Below, one piece after another: positions 10,341-21,600 of a stretch of DNA of 64,000 bases; the first letter of the stretch is position 1, and each line of letters starts with the position of its first letter. This DNA comes from a virus: UHGV virus genome UHGV-1363143. The stretch is one strand, 5' to 3'. The notes beneath the pieces are model-generated. The model did not search any database. It worked only from the letters and a program-made list of their open reading frames with translations, and was not told the DNA's origin. The translations under genes and the position numbers were made by a program.

Positions 10341-10697
10341 ATGAAAGTTACAGATAAGAAAGTTAAAGAGGTTCAAGAATTAACCCTAGATGAAAAGATT
10401 GTTGCTTGGAAAGAGGAACATAAAAAACTATTTAAAAACGTTGTTGATGGAAAGGAATATATTTGGAGAAGAATTAGAAGACAAGAGTATTCAGATATAA
10501 TGGCGTTAAAAGATGGAGATAGTGTTGATGAAAGAATATATAACAGACAATATGCTATCACAAAATTAGTAATATTAAATATAGACGAAGAAGAATTAGA
10601 AAATGACTTAGAAGAATTAGCAGGACTAGCTTCTTCTATAGCTGATGAAGTATTAGAAAAGTCAGGATTCGCTGCATCTCAAACAATAGAACTATAA
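10341..10697 (+). CDS. Acidic small protein, a tail assembly chaperone candidate (118 aa).
   Basis: It has a strong RBS (AGAGGAGG). It is highly acidic and sits between the tube genes and the tape measure, as gpG-type chaperones do. Confidence 0.4.
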   Translation: MKVTDKKVKEVQELTLDEKIVAWKEEHKKLFKNVVDGKEYIWRRIRRQEYSDIMALKDGDSVDERIYNRQYAITKLVILNIDEEELENDLEELAGLASSIADEVLEKSGFAASQTIEL

Positions 10698-10712
10698 GGC
10701 TGGTGAACTCCA

Positions 10713-11546
10713 ATGAAAATAACCAATGAAAAAAACTATAATCAGCCTAATGGCCAAATAGATTATATGTCATTAATAAATGATTTACAAGATGAATATG
10801 GAACTATTTACTGGAACACATTAGATGGTGAAATTTTTATTTATAGACCTCTTGGTAGATTGGAGTACAGACAATTAATTAATGCAGATATTACTGATAT
10901 AGAAAAAGAAGATACAGTTTGTAAGGCGTGCTTATTGCACCCTACAGACTTTGACTTTGATAACTGTCCAGCTGGCATACCAAAGCAATTACATGATTTA
11001 ATACTTAAGAATTCTTTTTTAGATTCTTTAGAATCAAAGAAACTCATAGTTGCTTACCATAGGTCTGAGATGGCAGAATTTGATAATCAGATAACTTGTA
11101 TAATTAATGAGGCATTTCCTAATATTGATATTGAAGAAATAGAAAGTTGGGATATGGCCAAGACTGCAAAATACCTTTCTAGAGCAGAATGGAAACTTAA
11201 TGTATTAAGGCAAATACCTATAGATTATGATACATCTAATAAAATGATGGAAGATGAATGGGTAATGCAGCATTCTAAAGGTAATGAAGAAATAAATGAA
11301 GTGGATAATATAGAACCAGAAGATAAAACACGACCTCAACATGAATTCAAAGTAGAAACATTAGAAGAAAGACAAGCTAGAATGAAGAAAGAAGGACCTA
11401 GACGAAAAACTCCTGAAGAACTAGCAGAGTTAAAACGCAGGTTCCCAGAAATCAAATGGGATTATGAAGTAGATCCTAATGAAAACATTGATAATATGAA
11501 AGATTCGTTAGATGTTACATCAGTAGCATTAAGACCAGGTTTCTAA
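10713..11546 (+). CDS. Hypothetical protein (277 aa), possibly the second tail-assembly chaperone.
   Basis: It sits directly upstream of the tape-measure gene. It has a charged C-terminus. Confidence 0.35.
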   Translation: MKITNEKNYNQPNGQIDYMSLINDLQDEYGTIYWNTLDGEIFIYRPLGRLEYRQLINADITDIEKEDTVCKACLLHPTDFDFDNCPAGIPKQLHDLILKNSFLDSLESKKLIVAYHRSEMAEFDNQITCIINEAFPNIDIEEIESWDMAKTAKYLSRAEWKLNVLRQIPIDYDTSNKMMEDEWVMQHSKGNEEINEVDNIEPEDKTRPQHEFKVETLEERQARMKKEGPRRKTPEELAELKRRFPEIKWDYEVDPNENIDNMKDSLDVTSVALRPGF

Positions 11547-11573
11547 AAGTAAATAAAGAAAGGTGTTGATACA

Positions 11574-14500
11574 ATGAGCAGATTAAATGACGAAGATCAA
11601 CACTCCTTTGGTAAGGCTACGGCTGTTCTGACTGGTATGGTTGGGGCAGCCGCTTTTCATAGATTAGGGGGAGCTAAGGCCATTGCGAAGGGAGTGCCTA
11701 AATTAACTAGGTTTGCTAGTAAGCTAATGGACGATGTAGCTGAAATGAAACTTAAGGATTATGATGCTGAAGGAATCAGTAGACTTTATAAGAGTCATAT
11801 AGCTGATGATAATAGTACTTGGAAGTCCTTAAAAAATCTATCAGATGAAAAGATAAAGCTTGGAGTTACTGGACAAAAACCTGTTGCAGTTATATTAAAT
11901 ATGTTGGAGATACAAGCCAATAGCAGAGATACTATGAGAAAGGTATTTAATGCAAATTATGCTGATGAAGTAGTAGGTAAACTTGATAAGAAATATAAAA
12001 TCATAGATGATGAATTTAAGGACAAACTTGATGATCTTACAAGACATGTAATCGAAAAGGATGATTTAACATTATTCACAGATAAAGATGGTGTAGTAAC
12101 AAGAAACAGTGATTTAATAAAAGATTTTATTGATCCAGATGAATTTCATTTAGGTGAACAAGAAGATGAATTCTTTAAGGATTTAATAGGAGCAATAGAA
12201 AATAAAGAAAATGCTTTTAAAGAATATGTAGAGAACCATAAAGATGAGGATGGAACTTTAGATCTTGTAAACAACATAAAAGAACAATTAACAGGTAAAA
12301 GTTTTGCAGAGGCTTTTGGAGTCTCTGGAGATGAATCTATAATAGACAATACTATTAAACAAAGTAGAGGACTTACTTTTAGAGATTATGTAGATAACCT
12401 AGATAAATTCGATGACCAAATTATGAATCTTGGTGGCGATAATTATATTAGTTTAAAAGATGAGATTAAAAAGTTTGTTGAAGAGAATGAAGAAATCAAA
12501 GATGTACTTATTGACGCTAAAAACCTTAAGATAGATAAATCAGGAAATATAATTGATTTTCAAGAAGTAGATGAATTAAGAAAAGGTTTTTTAGAAAAAC
12601 TTGCTGGAACACTTCCAGGTAAACTAGCAAAGGTCACAGACTTTCTTAGTGTTGAAGAAGCTGGAGCAATTAACTTTTTCCAAAAAGGTAAAGCTAATCC
12701 TCTTGCTAACAATGATGGTACAAATAAAGGCAAGGATAATATAATTCAAATTTTAAATAAGTATTATAAGATAGATAAAAATAATAATTTATCTCATATG
12801 AGTGAATTAGATGATATGTACTCAAGATCTAACAAACACGGTACTGTTCCTCGTATGTTGGGTAAAATGTTTGGTACTGAATCAGAATATGAGGCTATTA
12901 ATAAAATAGCTAAAAAACTTGATATAGGAACAACTACAGAAAGAACAATATTAGATGATTTATCTAAAGAGGGCGGAATAGTAGGTAAATATGCAAGAAG
13001 TGTAACTGGAGTAGAAAGATATAACGTTATTGATAAAATGCTAGATGCTAGTCTTGCAGAAAGTGATGCTATAGCATATAGAAAAAATCTTAAGAATGTA
13101 AATCAAATCTTCTCTCATATTGCTAAAGCTCCTAACATGAAAACACTAGCTAAGATGGAGAATGTAGTTACTAATGATATGAGTAAAGATATACTTCAAG
13201 CGTTAATGACTAATGACCAGGAAGAGATGGTTTCTACACTATCCAAGTATACTAAACAGCTTAGGAATAAGGATTTGAAATCTCTAATAAAAACTGGTGC
13301 CTCTAATAGAGAGAATGCAGCTCGAATGCTATCAATAAAGAGCGATAGAATTACGGATGCTAAAAATATTATGAAATACAAAGACATGATTAAAAGGGAA
13401 GCTTTTAAAGAAGTTTTAATATCTGAGACAATTGATGAAGTTTCAGGAAGTGTTAATCATAATAGAATGTTAATTAAGTTAAGACAAGCTGGAATATCAG
13501 GAAGTTCATATGAGAATGCCAAGAATTTAGGACACTGGGCAACTCTTCAAATGAAAGGAAAACTTTTTAATAATGATGCTAAAGAGAAAGGACTTGAAGC
13601 GATCAAGGAAGCTAACAATGATGTTCTTGAACTTTTAACATCTATTAGAAAAAAAGATACTATTCCAGTAAATGCTGAGTACGTAAAAGACTTTAGAAGT
13701 ACTGTAGACAAAATAAGGGATAATTACAGCGAACTTACTACTAGAACAACAGAAAGAAATATCAAAGCTAAGAAGATTAGAGCACAAGCTACAAATGATA
13801 TGATGATTATGCGTAAAGCATATACCCCTAGTAGTTATGTAAAAGACATGATTAAAGATATGAATGATATAACAAAAATGAAAGCCAATACTAAAAAGTT
13901 TGGTATGCAATTTATTGCTGGCAAAGATAATCCTGAATTTGTTACATCATACACTATGATACCATATTTCTTTAGTCAAAGACTTACAGAACCATTTGCA
14001 AATTACGGCCTATCATTCTCAAGCAAGAATATGAAGAGTACTCCTGATATGTGGAAGGCGATAATGATGAAAAGAGTTCTTCCAGCAGCAGCAGGTATCA
14101 CCGCATTTAATTACTTAAATTATGAAGCTAAGAACTTAACTGGTACTAGCATAACAGGTGCAATGGCTCAGGGGATAGCAAATGTAGATCTTGGCCTAAG
14201 AAAGATAGCTGACATTACTGGAGCTGGAAAATTACTTGAAGCAGAAAGAAGATTAAATCCTATTTCTCAATACTGGCTAGGAGAAGATTATCAAAATTCT
14301 GCTGAAAGAAAAGATTATTACGAAAATGGATATGATGAAGTCCGTAAAGGAAGATGGTGGGCATTCGGTTCTGCTTCTGAATTTAGAGGTAGTAAGATTG
14401 CATATTATCAACCTAATTTCGTTAAGAGAGCTAATAGTGATTGGAAAGATATCGGAATATACGGAAGTTCAAAAGAGAAATGGAAACATTCTTGGATACC

Positions 14501-17500
14501 AACTCCTAGACATCCATTTGCTCCAATAAGAAGAGCATTAGATCCATACTGGCTTGAAAGAAAGAACTATAATGATAGACCTTATCTTGAAACTGCGCCT
14601 TTATTCTCTACTGGTACTCCTTGGGGAGCTGTATTGAATCCTACAGTAGGTCAAATAGTAAAACCTATTAGAAAGATGCATAGGGATGAAACTAGAAGAG
14701 GCTTAGTTGATCCTCGTACTTTAATCCGGGAAAGAAATGAAAGATTAAAAGCTAAAGCTCAGGATAAGCAACATGGCAACCTTATTCAAATATCAAAAGA
14801 TGGAATAAGTAATGTATCGTATACCCCTTCTGCACTTGCGGATCCTGACAAAGCAATGATAACTTTAAGAGCTGGAAATGGAAAAATACAAAGTGTAGAT
14901 TATAATGGTCTTGATTATACAGAAGGTATTGGCCACATATCAGAAGGTGGAATACCAGTAGATAACCCTGCGGGAAACAATGGGGCATTTTATGTTGGAA
15001 GAAATGCGAGTGCTGAACCTAAAACGGGGTTGATAGAGGCTTTTGAAACAACAGCATTAGGCTCATTTATAAGCAATGGTGTAAGAAAGTTTATAAGTCC
15101 TGTAGAGACTCTAAGGGTAACTAATGAAGGAATTAAGGGTAAAGCAGCAGCTACAGACGGAACTGTTATACAACAAGCTAACCTTGCTAAAATGCCATTC
15201 AGACAAGCGACTCAAAGAATGACTACAAAACAAGAAGAGGCTGATTTATTATTAACTACTTCTAAGCACGATTTTATAAATGACACACTATTCTCTGCAA
15301 AACAATTATCAGGTATATATGGATTCCTTGGAGGGCTTATATACTCAGATGATAAAAAGAAGGTAAGACCAGAAAGTGCTGAGAAAATGTCTAGCTTTAA
15401 ACGTAGTTTCTGGGATGCAAATGTCGGAGGTCTTGGTGGCGGTATAATGGAAATCTCTAGAAGATTTTTCCCACATGATGACCATGCATGGACAGATATT
15501 AATCCAATTAGAAATACTATGCCTGAATGGATGCCAACTAGATTCCAAACAGGGGATCCATATACTAAAGTTCCGAAGGGAGAAATGAGACTTCCAGGAA
15601 AGGGATATGAATCTATTCATAAATTAAGATCTGATGAATACGGAAGATATGGTGCTCTTGATAGAATGAGGATATTAGGAGATATAGCTCCGTGGTCAGA
15701 AGAATACAAACTGTGGAGAGATATAGCAAGTAAATCAATTACTGACGAAAAAGGTAAGAGAGAAATACAAGACATAAAGAAGAGAGTTGAAAAACAAAGT
15801 AGATCACATGAATTTTATAATTATAAGTTCCTAGGAAATCCTACAGAGATAAATACTGAAACTATTGAATCAGTAGAAGGAACTAAAATTACCACTACAT
15901 CAGGTAAACAATATAGCATGGCTGGAATTAAGCTTGGTAAAAATACAGATATAAACTCACACTTAGCCGCTGGAATGAAAGTTCAAGTAGAACACTTGAA
16001 GAAGGATAAGGGCATTGATGGTTCTATATCAGCAGCTGTATATGTTAATGGAGAAAATATAAATCAAAAGCTTGTTAATTCAGGTGAAGCAAAAAGTGAT
16101 ACTAGTACAGCTATGGGAGCAAAAGCTTTAACTGGTCAATTTAGTCAATTCTATGGTGCAGCAATGGAAGCTATTGCTCATGCTCCTATTCCATTTGTTC
16201 ATAACAAAGTGATGAAGATAGATACACCATTAGAATCTTATAAAAACGAAAGAGTTTATGGTACTCCATATAGTACATGGGATCATCCTATTAAAGGATT
16301 TATTATGCCTTCATTCCAAAAGGACTGGGCAAGAGGCCCTGTAGGACAAGGTATTGCTCTTGGTGCTTGGGTATTAGCTGAGCAAACTTGGAAGAATTCA
16401 AGTAAAACTTCTGAAGCATTAAAAAGAATAGGAATTAATTTATCAGAAACTGGAGTTAATAGATTAGCAAGTACTATATTTAATGTAGCTAATCCTGGTG
16501 CATTTGCTGGTTCAATGATGGCGGCAATACCTACTGGACTAATGGGTAACAGTGAAGGTATTAAGGGATTATTTAGTTCCGCAATATTTGGAGCAGGAGT
16601 TAAACCAGGTGTTGGTAGAAATGGTGCTAGATTAGGTGCAACAGCTATGATAGCTGGATATGGATTAACAAGATCTGATAAGCCTATTGAATCGACAGCT
16701 ATATTCACTGTAGCTGGTATGGCATTATCTAAACAGTTAAATCATAAAGCATTTAATACTAAACAAGGTGCTATAGCTGGTGCTACTACTGGATTATTAA
16801 TATCTGCAATTAGGAATCCTAGATTTAATAAAGATAAAATGTTTGGAAAATACACACCTGAATCAACTAAAAAGAGATGGGATATAGATGAGTATTATGA
16901 CAGACTTGAATATATAAAATATAAGGGCCTATACGAAAAAGCTGCAAGAAAAGCACGTATATGGGAAGGCACAAATATTAAAAAGATTATCAATGCAAAT
17001 GAATACCAAAGAGGAATAAATAAAAAGAAAATTGAAAAATTAAACAATAGGCTAGACAAAGTAAGTAATAGTAAACTAGAGGACAACAGAAAGGCTGAGA
17101 TAATCGAAAAGATTAATCAGCAAAAATATCGACTTAGCACATCTGAACAGACATTTAGGGCTGGGAAATATACTAAAGCCGCTATTGCATACAAACAAGC
17201 GGCGGAAAGTACTATCTATGGCTTGAAAGAAGATGCTACTTCACAACAAGTAATGAGAGCAATTCCAAAAGGAGATAAAGATTTCTTCATGGAATTTGCT
17301 AAAGAAAAGAATAAGAAGAAGCAAGATGAAATACTAAAATATGTATCACCTTATCAAAGAAGAGCATTACAGATAGCTTGGGGACGAAAGAAGATTGATA
17401 AAGTAGAAGATAATGATGATTACTTTAAAGGTCACTTTATGCCAGGAGTGTTCTGGGCAGGATGGAGTCCACAAGTTGATATGGAACATGTTAAGATGAA

Positions 17501-17810
17501 GACTATCGAAAATGAAGGAATGCTTTTAAGTGATTTTGGAATATATGAATCTCAAAGCAATGAGCCATCGGCAATAATGGCTCCAACAGTTGGAAGATTT
17601 GATAGTGCAAATACTAGCGGTCTTGGATTACAAGCTAGACTTCAAGGTGCATTAAATGGAGCAGGATTAATGGGAGTTAAAGTTAGTGTAAGTCCAACAT
17701 CGGCTAACGGGATAGAAGTAATGGCGAACATAACAAACGCTGCAAAAATTACAGAATATAAAGTTAGGGAAGGCATAAATAAAGTAGTCGGAACAAGATT
17801 GTTTTATTAA
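11574..17810 (+). CDS. Tail tape-measure-like protein (2078 aa).
   Basis: Its position after the tube and chaperone genes supports the call. It has a long alpha-helical charged N-terminal two-thirds. A cluster of Gly/Ala-rich hydrophobic segments lies at nt 16330..16815 (GIALGAWVLAEQ, AFAGSMMAAIPTGLMG, AIFGAGVKPGVG, MIAGYGL, AIFTVAGMAL, GAIAGATTGLLISAI), typical of tape-measure proteins. Confidence 0.55.
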   Translation: MSRLNDEDQHSFGKATAVLTGMVGAAAFHRLGGAKAIAKGVPKLTRFASKLMDDVAEMKLKDYDAEGISRLYKSHIADDNSTWKSLKNLSDEKIKLGVTGQKPVAVILNMLEIQANSRDTMRKVFNANYADEVVGKLDKKYKIIDDEFKDKLDDLTRHVIEKDDLTLFTDKDGVVTRNSDLIKDFIDPDEFHLGEQEDEFFKDLIGAIENKENAFKEYVENHKDEDGTLDLVNNIKEQLTGKSFAEAFGVSGDESIIDNTIKQSRGLTFRDYVDNLDKFDDQIMNLGGDNYISLKDEIKKFVEENEEIKDVLIDAKNLKIDKSGNIIDFQEVDELRKGFLEKLAGTLPGKLAKVTDFLSVEEAGAINFFQKGKANPLANNDGTNKGKDNIIQILNKYYKIDKNNNLSHMSELDDMYSRSNKHGTVPRMLGKMFGTESEYEAINKIAKKLDIGTTTERTILDDLSKEGGIVGKYARSVTGVERYNVIDKMLDASLAESDAIAYRKNLKNVNQIFSHIAKAPNMKTLAKMENVVTNDMSKDILQALMTNDQEEMVSTLSKYTKQLRNKDLKSLIKTGASNRENAARMLSIKSDRITDAKNIMKYKDMIKREAFKEVLISETIDEVSGSVNHNRMLIKLRQAGISGSSYENAKNLGHWATLQMKGKLFNNDAKEKGLEAIKEANNDVLELLTSIRKKDTIPVNAEYVKDFRSTVDKIRDNYSELTTRTTERNIKAKKIRAQATNDMMIMRKAYTPSSYVKDMIKDMNDITKMKANTKKFGMQFIAGKDNPEFVTSYTMIPYFFSQRLTEPFANYGLSFSSKNMKSTPDMWKAIMMKRVLPAAAGITAFNYLNYEAKNLTGTSITGAMAQGIANVDLGLRKIADITGAGKLLEAERRLNPISQYWLGEDYQNSAERKDYYENGYDEVRKGRWWAFGSASEFRGSKIAYYQPNFVKRANSDWKDIGIYGSSKEKWKHSWIPTPRHPFAPIRRALDPYWLERKNYNDRPYLETAPLFSTGTPWGAVLNPTVGQIVKPIRKMHRDETRRGLVDPRTLIRERNERLKAKAQDKQHGNLIQISKDGISNVSYTPSALADPDKAMITLRAGNGKIQSVDYNGLDYTEGIGHISEGGIPVDNPAGNNGAFYVGRNASAEPKTGLIEAFETTALGSFISNGVRKFISPVETLRVTNEGIKGKAAATDGTVIQQANLAKMPFRQATQRMTTKQEEADLLLTTSKHDFINDTLFSAKQLSGIYGFLGGLIYSDDKKKVRPESAEKMSSFKRSFWDANVGGLGGGIMEISRRFFPHDDHAWTDINPIRNTMPEWMPTRFQTGDPYTKVPKGEMRLPGKGYESIHKLRSDEYGRYGALDRMRILGDIAPWSEEYKLWRDIASKSITDEKGKREIQDIKKRVEKQSRSHEFYNYKFLGNPTEINTETIESVEGTKITTTSGKQYSMAGIKLGKNTDINSHLAAGMKVQVEHLKKDKGIDGSISAAVYVNGENINQKLVNSGEAKSDTSTAMGAKALTGQFSQFYGAAMEAIAHAPIPFVHNKVMKIDTPLESYKNERVYGTPYSTWDHPIKGFIMPSFQKDWARGPVGQGIALGAWVLAEQTWKNSSKTSEALKRIGINLSETGVNRLASTIFNVANPGAFAGSMMAAIPTGLMGNSEGIKGLFSSAIFGAGVKPGVGRNGARLGATAMIAGYGLTRSDKPIESTAIFTVAGMALSKQLNHKAFNTKQGAIAGATTGLLISAIRNPRFNKDKMFGKYTPESTKKRWDIDEYYDRLEYIKYKGLYEKAARKARIWEGTNIKKIINANEYQRGINKKKIEKLNNRLDKVSNSKLEDNRKAEIIEKINQQKYRLSTSEQTFRAGKYTKAAIAYKQAAESTIYGLKEDATSQQVMRAIPKGDKDFFMEFAKEKNKKKQDEILKYVSPYQRRALQIAWGRKKIDKVEDNDDYFKGHFMPGVFWAGWSPQVDMEHVKMKTIENEGMLLSDFGIYESQSNEPSAIMAPTVGRFDSANTSGLGLQARLQGALNGAGLMGVKVSVSPTSANGIEVMANITNAAKITEYKVREGINKVVGTRLFY

Positions 17811-17830
17811 AAAATGGAAGGAGCATATGA

Positions 17831-18232
17831 ATGGATAACATAATAACAAATGCATTTGAATTTGGATTGCCAGGATTTATGCTCCTTATTGTTCTGTTAA
17901 TTGTAATATTCTTTGTTGCTAAAATGTCAAATGTATTCATTAAAATGCCAGAGAAATTTGACGTTCTTACAGAGAGAATAGCAGATAGCAATAAGGAGTT
18001 AAGCAATCAGCTAATAAAAACATCAGTAATTCAAGAGAATATTCTTTCAATAATGAAAGAAACAATGGTATCAGTAAATAATAACACTACGAGAATGGCT
18101 GTTCTAGAAAATAAGATAGAAAATAACTATCAAAAAATTGATGAAGTTGCATTAAGAAGTGAGGATACTATAGATAAACTTGAAAATATAAACTTGAAAC
18201 TTGAGACAGTTTTAGTAAGCTTACAAAACTAG
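17831..18232 (+). CDS. Small protein with an N-terminal transmembrane helix and a coiled-coil (133 aa).
   Basis: LPGFMLLIVLLIVIFFVAKM is a hydrophobic helix, followed by heptad-like charged sequence. Confidence 0.4.
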   Translation: MDNIITNAFEFGLPGFMLLIVLLIVIFFVAKMSNVFIKMPEKFDVLTERIADSNKELSNQLIKTSVIQENILSIMKETMVSVNNNTTRMAVLENKIENNYQKIDEVALRSEDTIDKLENINLKLETVLVSLQN

Positions 18233-18314
18233 ATAGAAAAAGTTGTCCTCTATTAGTAGTTATAATGGATTTCATAACATAATATATATTAGATTATAAC
18301 TTAGGAGTGATATT

Positions 18315-18554
18315 ATGATTAGTTATGAAAACATAATGTTAGAAAAAGAACAAGAATTTGAACAACTTACTGCTCATGCAAAAGAAAAAGAAAATATTCA
18401 CAATGAAGAGATGGCTCAAATTCAAGAAGAATTATTAAGAATTCAAGGCGAGTATAGAATGCTTGCTAAATTAAAGGAGCAATCTGAAGCAGCAGAAACT
18501 GAAGCAGTAGAAAATACTGATACAGAAGATGCGAAAATTATAGAAGCAGAATAA
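18315..18554 (+). CDS. Small acidic coiled-coil protein (79 aa).
   Basis: It has an RBS (TAGGAGTG) and is E/Q/K-rich. A terminator follows. Confidence 0.35.
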   Translation: MISYENIMLEKEQEFEQLTAHAKEKENIHNEEMAQIQEELLRIQGEYRMLAKLKEQSEAAETEAVENTDTEDAKIIEAE

Positions 18555-18569
18555 TATTAAAAACTTTCA

Positions 18570-18597
18570 AGACTTAGCTTATGCTAGGTCTTTTTTC
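18570..18597 (+). terminator. Rho-independent terminator.
   Basis: The stem is AGACTTAGC / GCTAGGTCT with one G-U pair, followed by TTTTTTC. Confidence 0.55.
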
Positions 18598-18647
18598 ATA
18601 TTAAATAACAGAGAATAAACAGTAATTAAGTAATGAGGTGATGGAAA

Positions 18648-21600
18648 GTGAGATCTCGTATTAATGTATTTGAGCACAATAAAAAAATTGAAAATAGAAT
18701 AAAATCAAGAGAAGCCATAGTCAAAGAAGAGTTCGGTGGCAAAAGCGGAGAGGCTTTAGTTGAAGAAGTTAATAAGAGAATGGCTATGGCATATATAATG
18801 GACAATGATTTTAAAAAGAAATATATAGAGTTCGGAAAAGACTCTGTTATATTAGGATCAAAATATGTAGATGACGCTGTTAATAAATATGCTCCTATAA
18901 ATGGCATTAAACAAACTTATGATGATATAAGACCTATGTTTAATTTTGTTAACAATATAAGCAATCATCTTAAATCAAAACAGACAGGTAATGAGCTTAT
19001 ACTTAATGCTATAGAATTAAACAATGGAATGAACTACAGTAAGATTTCCACTAAAGCAAATATGTCAGTAACTTCATTAAATAAGGCATATGATAATTTT
19101 AAAAAATCTGAAGAGTTCTTTGTATTTGACACTGAAACATTATCAGGTATGGGCAAAACAGGATATAACGAACTAGATAGATTACAAGAAATAGCATTCC
19201 GTAAGTTTAAAAAGGTTGATGGAAAGCTAGTAGAAGATGAAGCTTCAAGGGTGGAAACACTTATAGGAATAACTCAAAAGCAATACGATGAATATATGGA
19301 TATCTTCGTAAATAACTTTAATGAAAATGGATGGCAAGGAAATCAAAAGTACGAAGTAATCGCAGGAAGATTTGCAAAGCTTGGACATAAAGATACTGTT
19401 ATTAAAAATGCTGGTAAAGGATTAGCTATAACAGAAAGTTTTGCTAGTGATGCTAGTGAGAACTTAATGGATGTAAGCAATATTAAACGAGGGCTTGAAA
19501 GAGCTCTAGAAATAGGAAAAAGACAAGATGCTGAAAGACTATCTAATGGCTTAATGGTATGGGAAGATCAGTTATTAAGAAGTGTAAAAATATTTAATGA
19601 AAACTTTGTAGCTGGATTTAATAGTACAAACTTTGACTTTGAAAAGATGAATCAATCTATTGGTACTGTATGGAACAGTATGAATTCAACTCAAAAAGCA
19701 GAGTATAGCAAAATATTAAATCTTAAAAACGGAACAGTTCCTGTAATCAATCCTATTGAAGGAAATTATTTAGACTTTAGAGATGTTGTTAGAACTGCTG
19801 CTGAATCAATAGGTAAAACAGGCATCTATGGTAATGATAATGAAAAACTTAAAACAATTAAAGGTATAGGGAAGACATTATTACAACAAGAATCTCTTGG
19901 TGAAGTATTTGCTAAAGATGCAATGTTCACAGCAGCTCATACAGCAGGTGCCGACGTTACAACGTTAGCTCACCTTATGGGAGGCAAGGAATTAAACGGA
20001 GCTTCTTTATTTGATGAATTAATGACTACAATAAATAAGAATGCTTCAGCCTTAACAGGAAAAGTAGATTACAATTCTGTATTAATGGCCACTCAAGGAG
20101 AGTTTTTCAATGACTTTACTAGAAAGGGTGCTCTTAACTTTACAACAGATAGATCTAGTGGTGCGATAAGGACGTTCAATGGAATGTCACTAGATGCAAA
20201 TGGAGATGTTAGAGATTTAGGTAAATTCGGTAAAGCGACAGGATTAAAGAAAAATGTAGCTTATAAGATTGGATTTATGGGCGAAATGGATATGTCTGAA
20301 GACTGGATTAAAAAGATGTCAGGTATACACCAAGACTACGCACAAGGAAAGTTGTGGGTTGCGAAATTTAATCCATTAATAGATAAAACAATAGCTGGAG
20401 ATAATTCTATTTTAGAAGATCCTACTACATATTTCTTTACTTCTAAAGAAGCAATGGAGGGATTTGTATCAAGCCATTTTGCACATGTAGGTAATATAGG
20501 CACTGATGGTAAAATAGAAGATTTAGCTGATCCTGCAGCTAGAGCTGAGGTTCAAAAGCTATTTGGAGTTCATACAATCAAAGATGGAAAAGTTAGTGAA
20601 GCCGCAACACAAACAGCTAGTGAATTAGTATCCAATGGAACTATACAAGCAATGAATGATCCAGCTGCTAGAATGATAAGAGAAAATGAATACACAAAAG
20701 CTATAAAGTTTCAGAGAATGCAAGATTACCTAAAAAAGAATGGTGCTACAACTATTGATGAACAAAAGAAGATGTTATCTTTAGCAACTGCAGAGAATGT
20801 TGCTGGAGGAAAAACATTAAAGATTAAACATGATGTTTTATCAATATTAGGATTCCAAGATAAAGAGGTTAATAAGCAAGTCCTATATTCAAGTACTTTA
20901 AATAATACTATTAATAGTTATGGATATATGGCTTCAAAAAGAAATGTTATAGATTCTCTTGTTGAAGCTGTTAAGGAATATGGAAATATAGGCTCAGAAC
21001 AGCAACAGTTTATATATGATTCATTAATGAGAGGGTTAAGAGAAGATGCAGCTAATGCTATAGCTTCAGGAGATTTAGAGAAAGAAGCACTAATCAATGG
21101 TTCAAGTGAACTAAAGGTATATGCAAAGGACCTAGATTATTTTGAATTTGATATGCCAGAGGGCTACTTTAAAAACACTAATGCAAAAGCTATGCCTGGA
21201 GAAATAGATAATGTACTAAGGGTTAATCTTAAGTCAGAAAAAGAATATTCTCTAGTCAATGATTTATTAAGAAGACGTAGAGGAAATGATGATAGGCTTA
21301 AATCTCCTAATGCAAGACAAGCATATGGAATGCAAGAACTTAGAAATTTTGCTAATACAGTAAACTCATTAGAAGAGTATAAAGGAATATTTGATGATAT
21401 CTTATATGGCAAGCCAGTTAATGAACTTAAGAATTTAGCTAATTTAAAGAAGTATGAAAAGAGTTTATTAAAAGATGAATTGTATTCTTCATTTGATAAT
21501 GTAGTTAATAATATAGTTAACAATAATGAAGAAGTTATTGAATCAAGAGCTTCTTTAGAACAACTTAGAAAAAGAAGGATAGAACTTCAAAACTTTATAA

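Noticed and set aside
10341-11546. A programmed -1 frameshift (G/GT-type) joining the 118-aa and 277-aa chaperone-like genes.
   Set aside because: The two ORFs are separated by a stop plus a 15-nt spacer containing an RBS. No slippery heptamer was identified at the 3' end of the first gene, so they are treated as separate genes.
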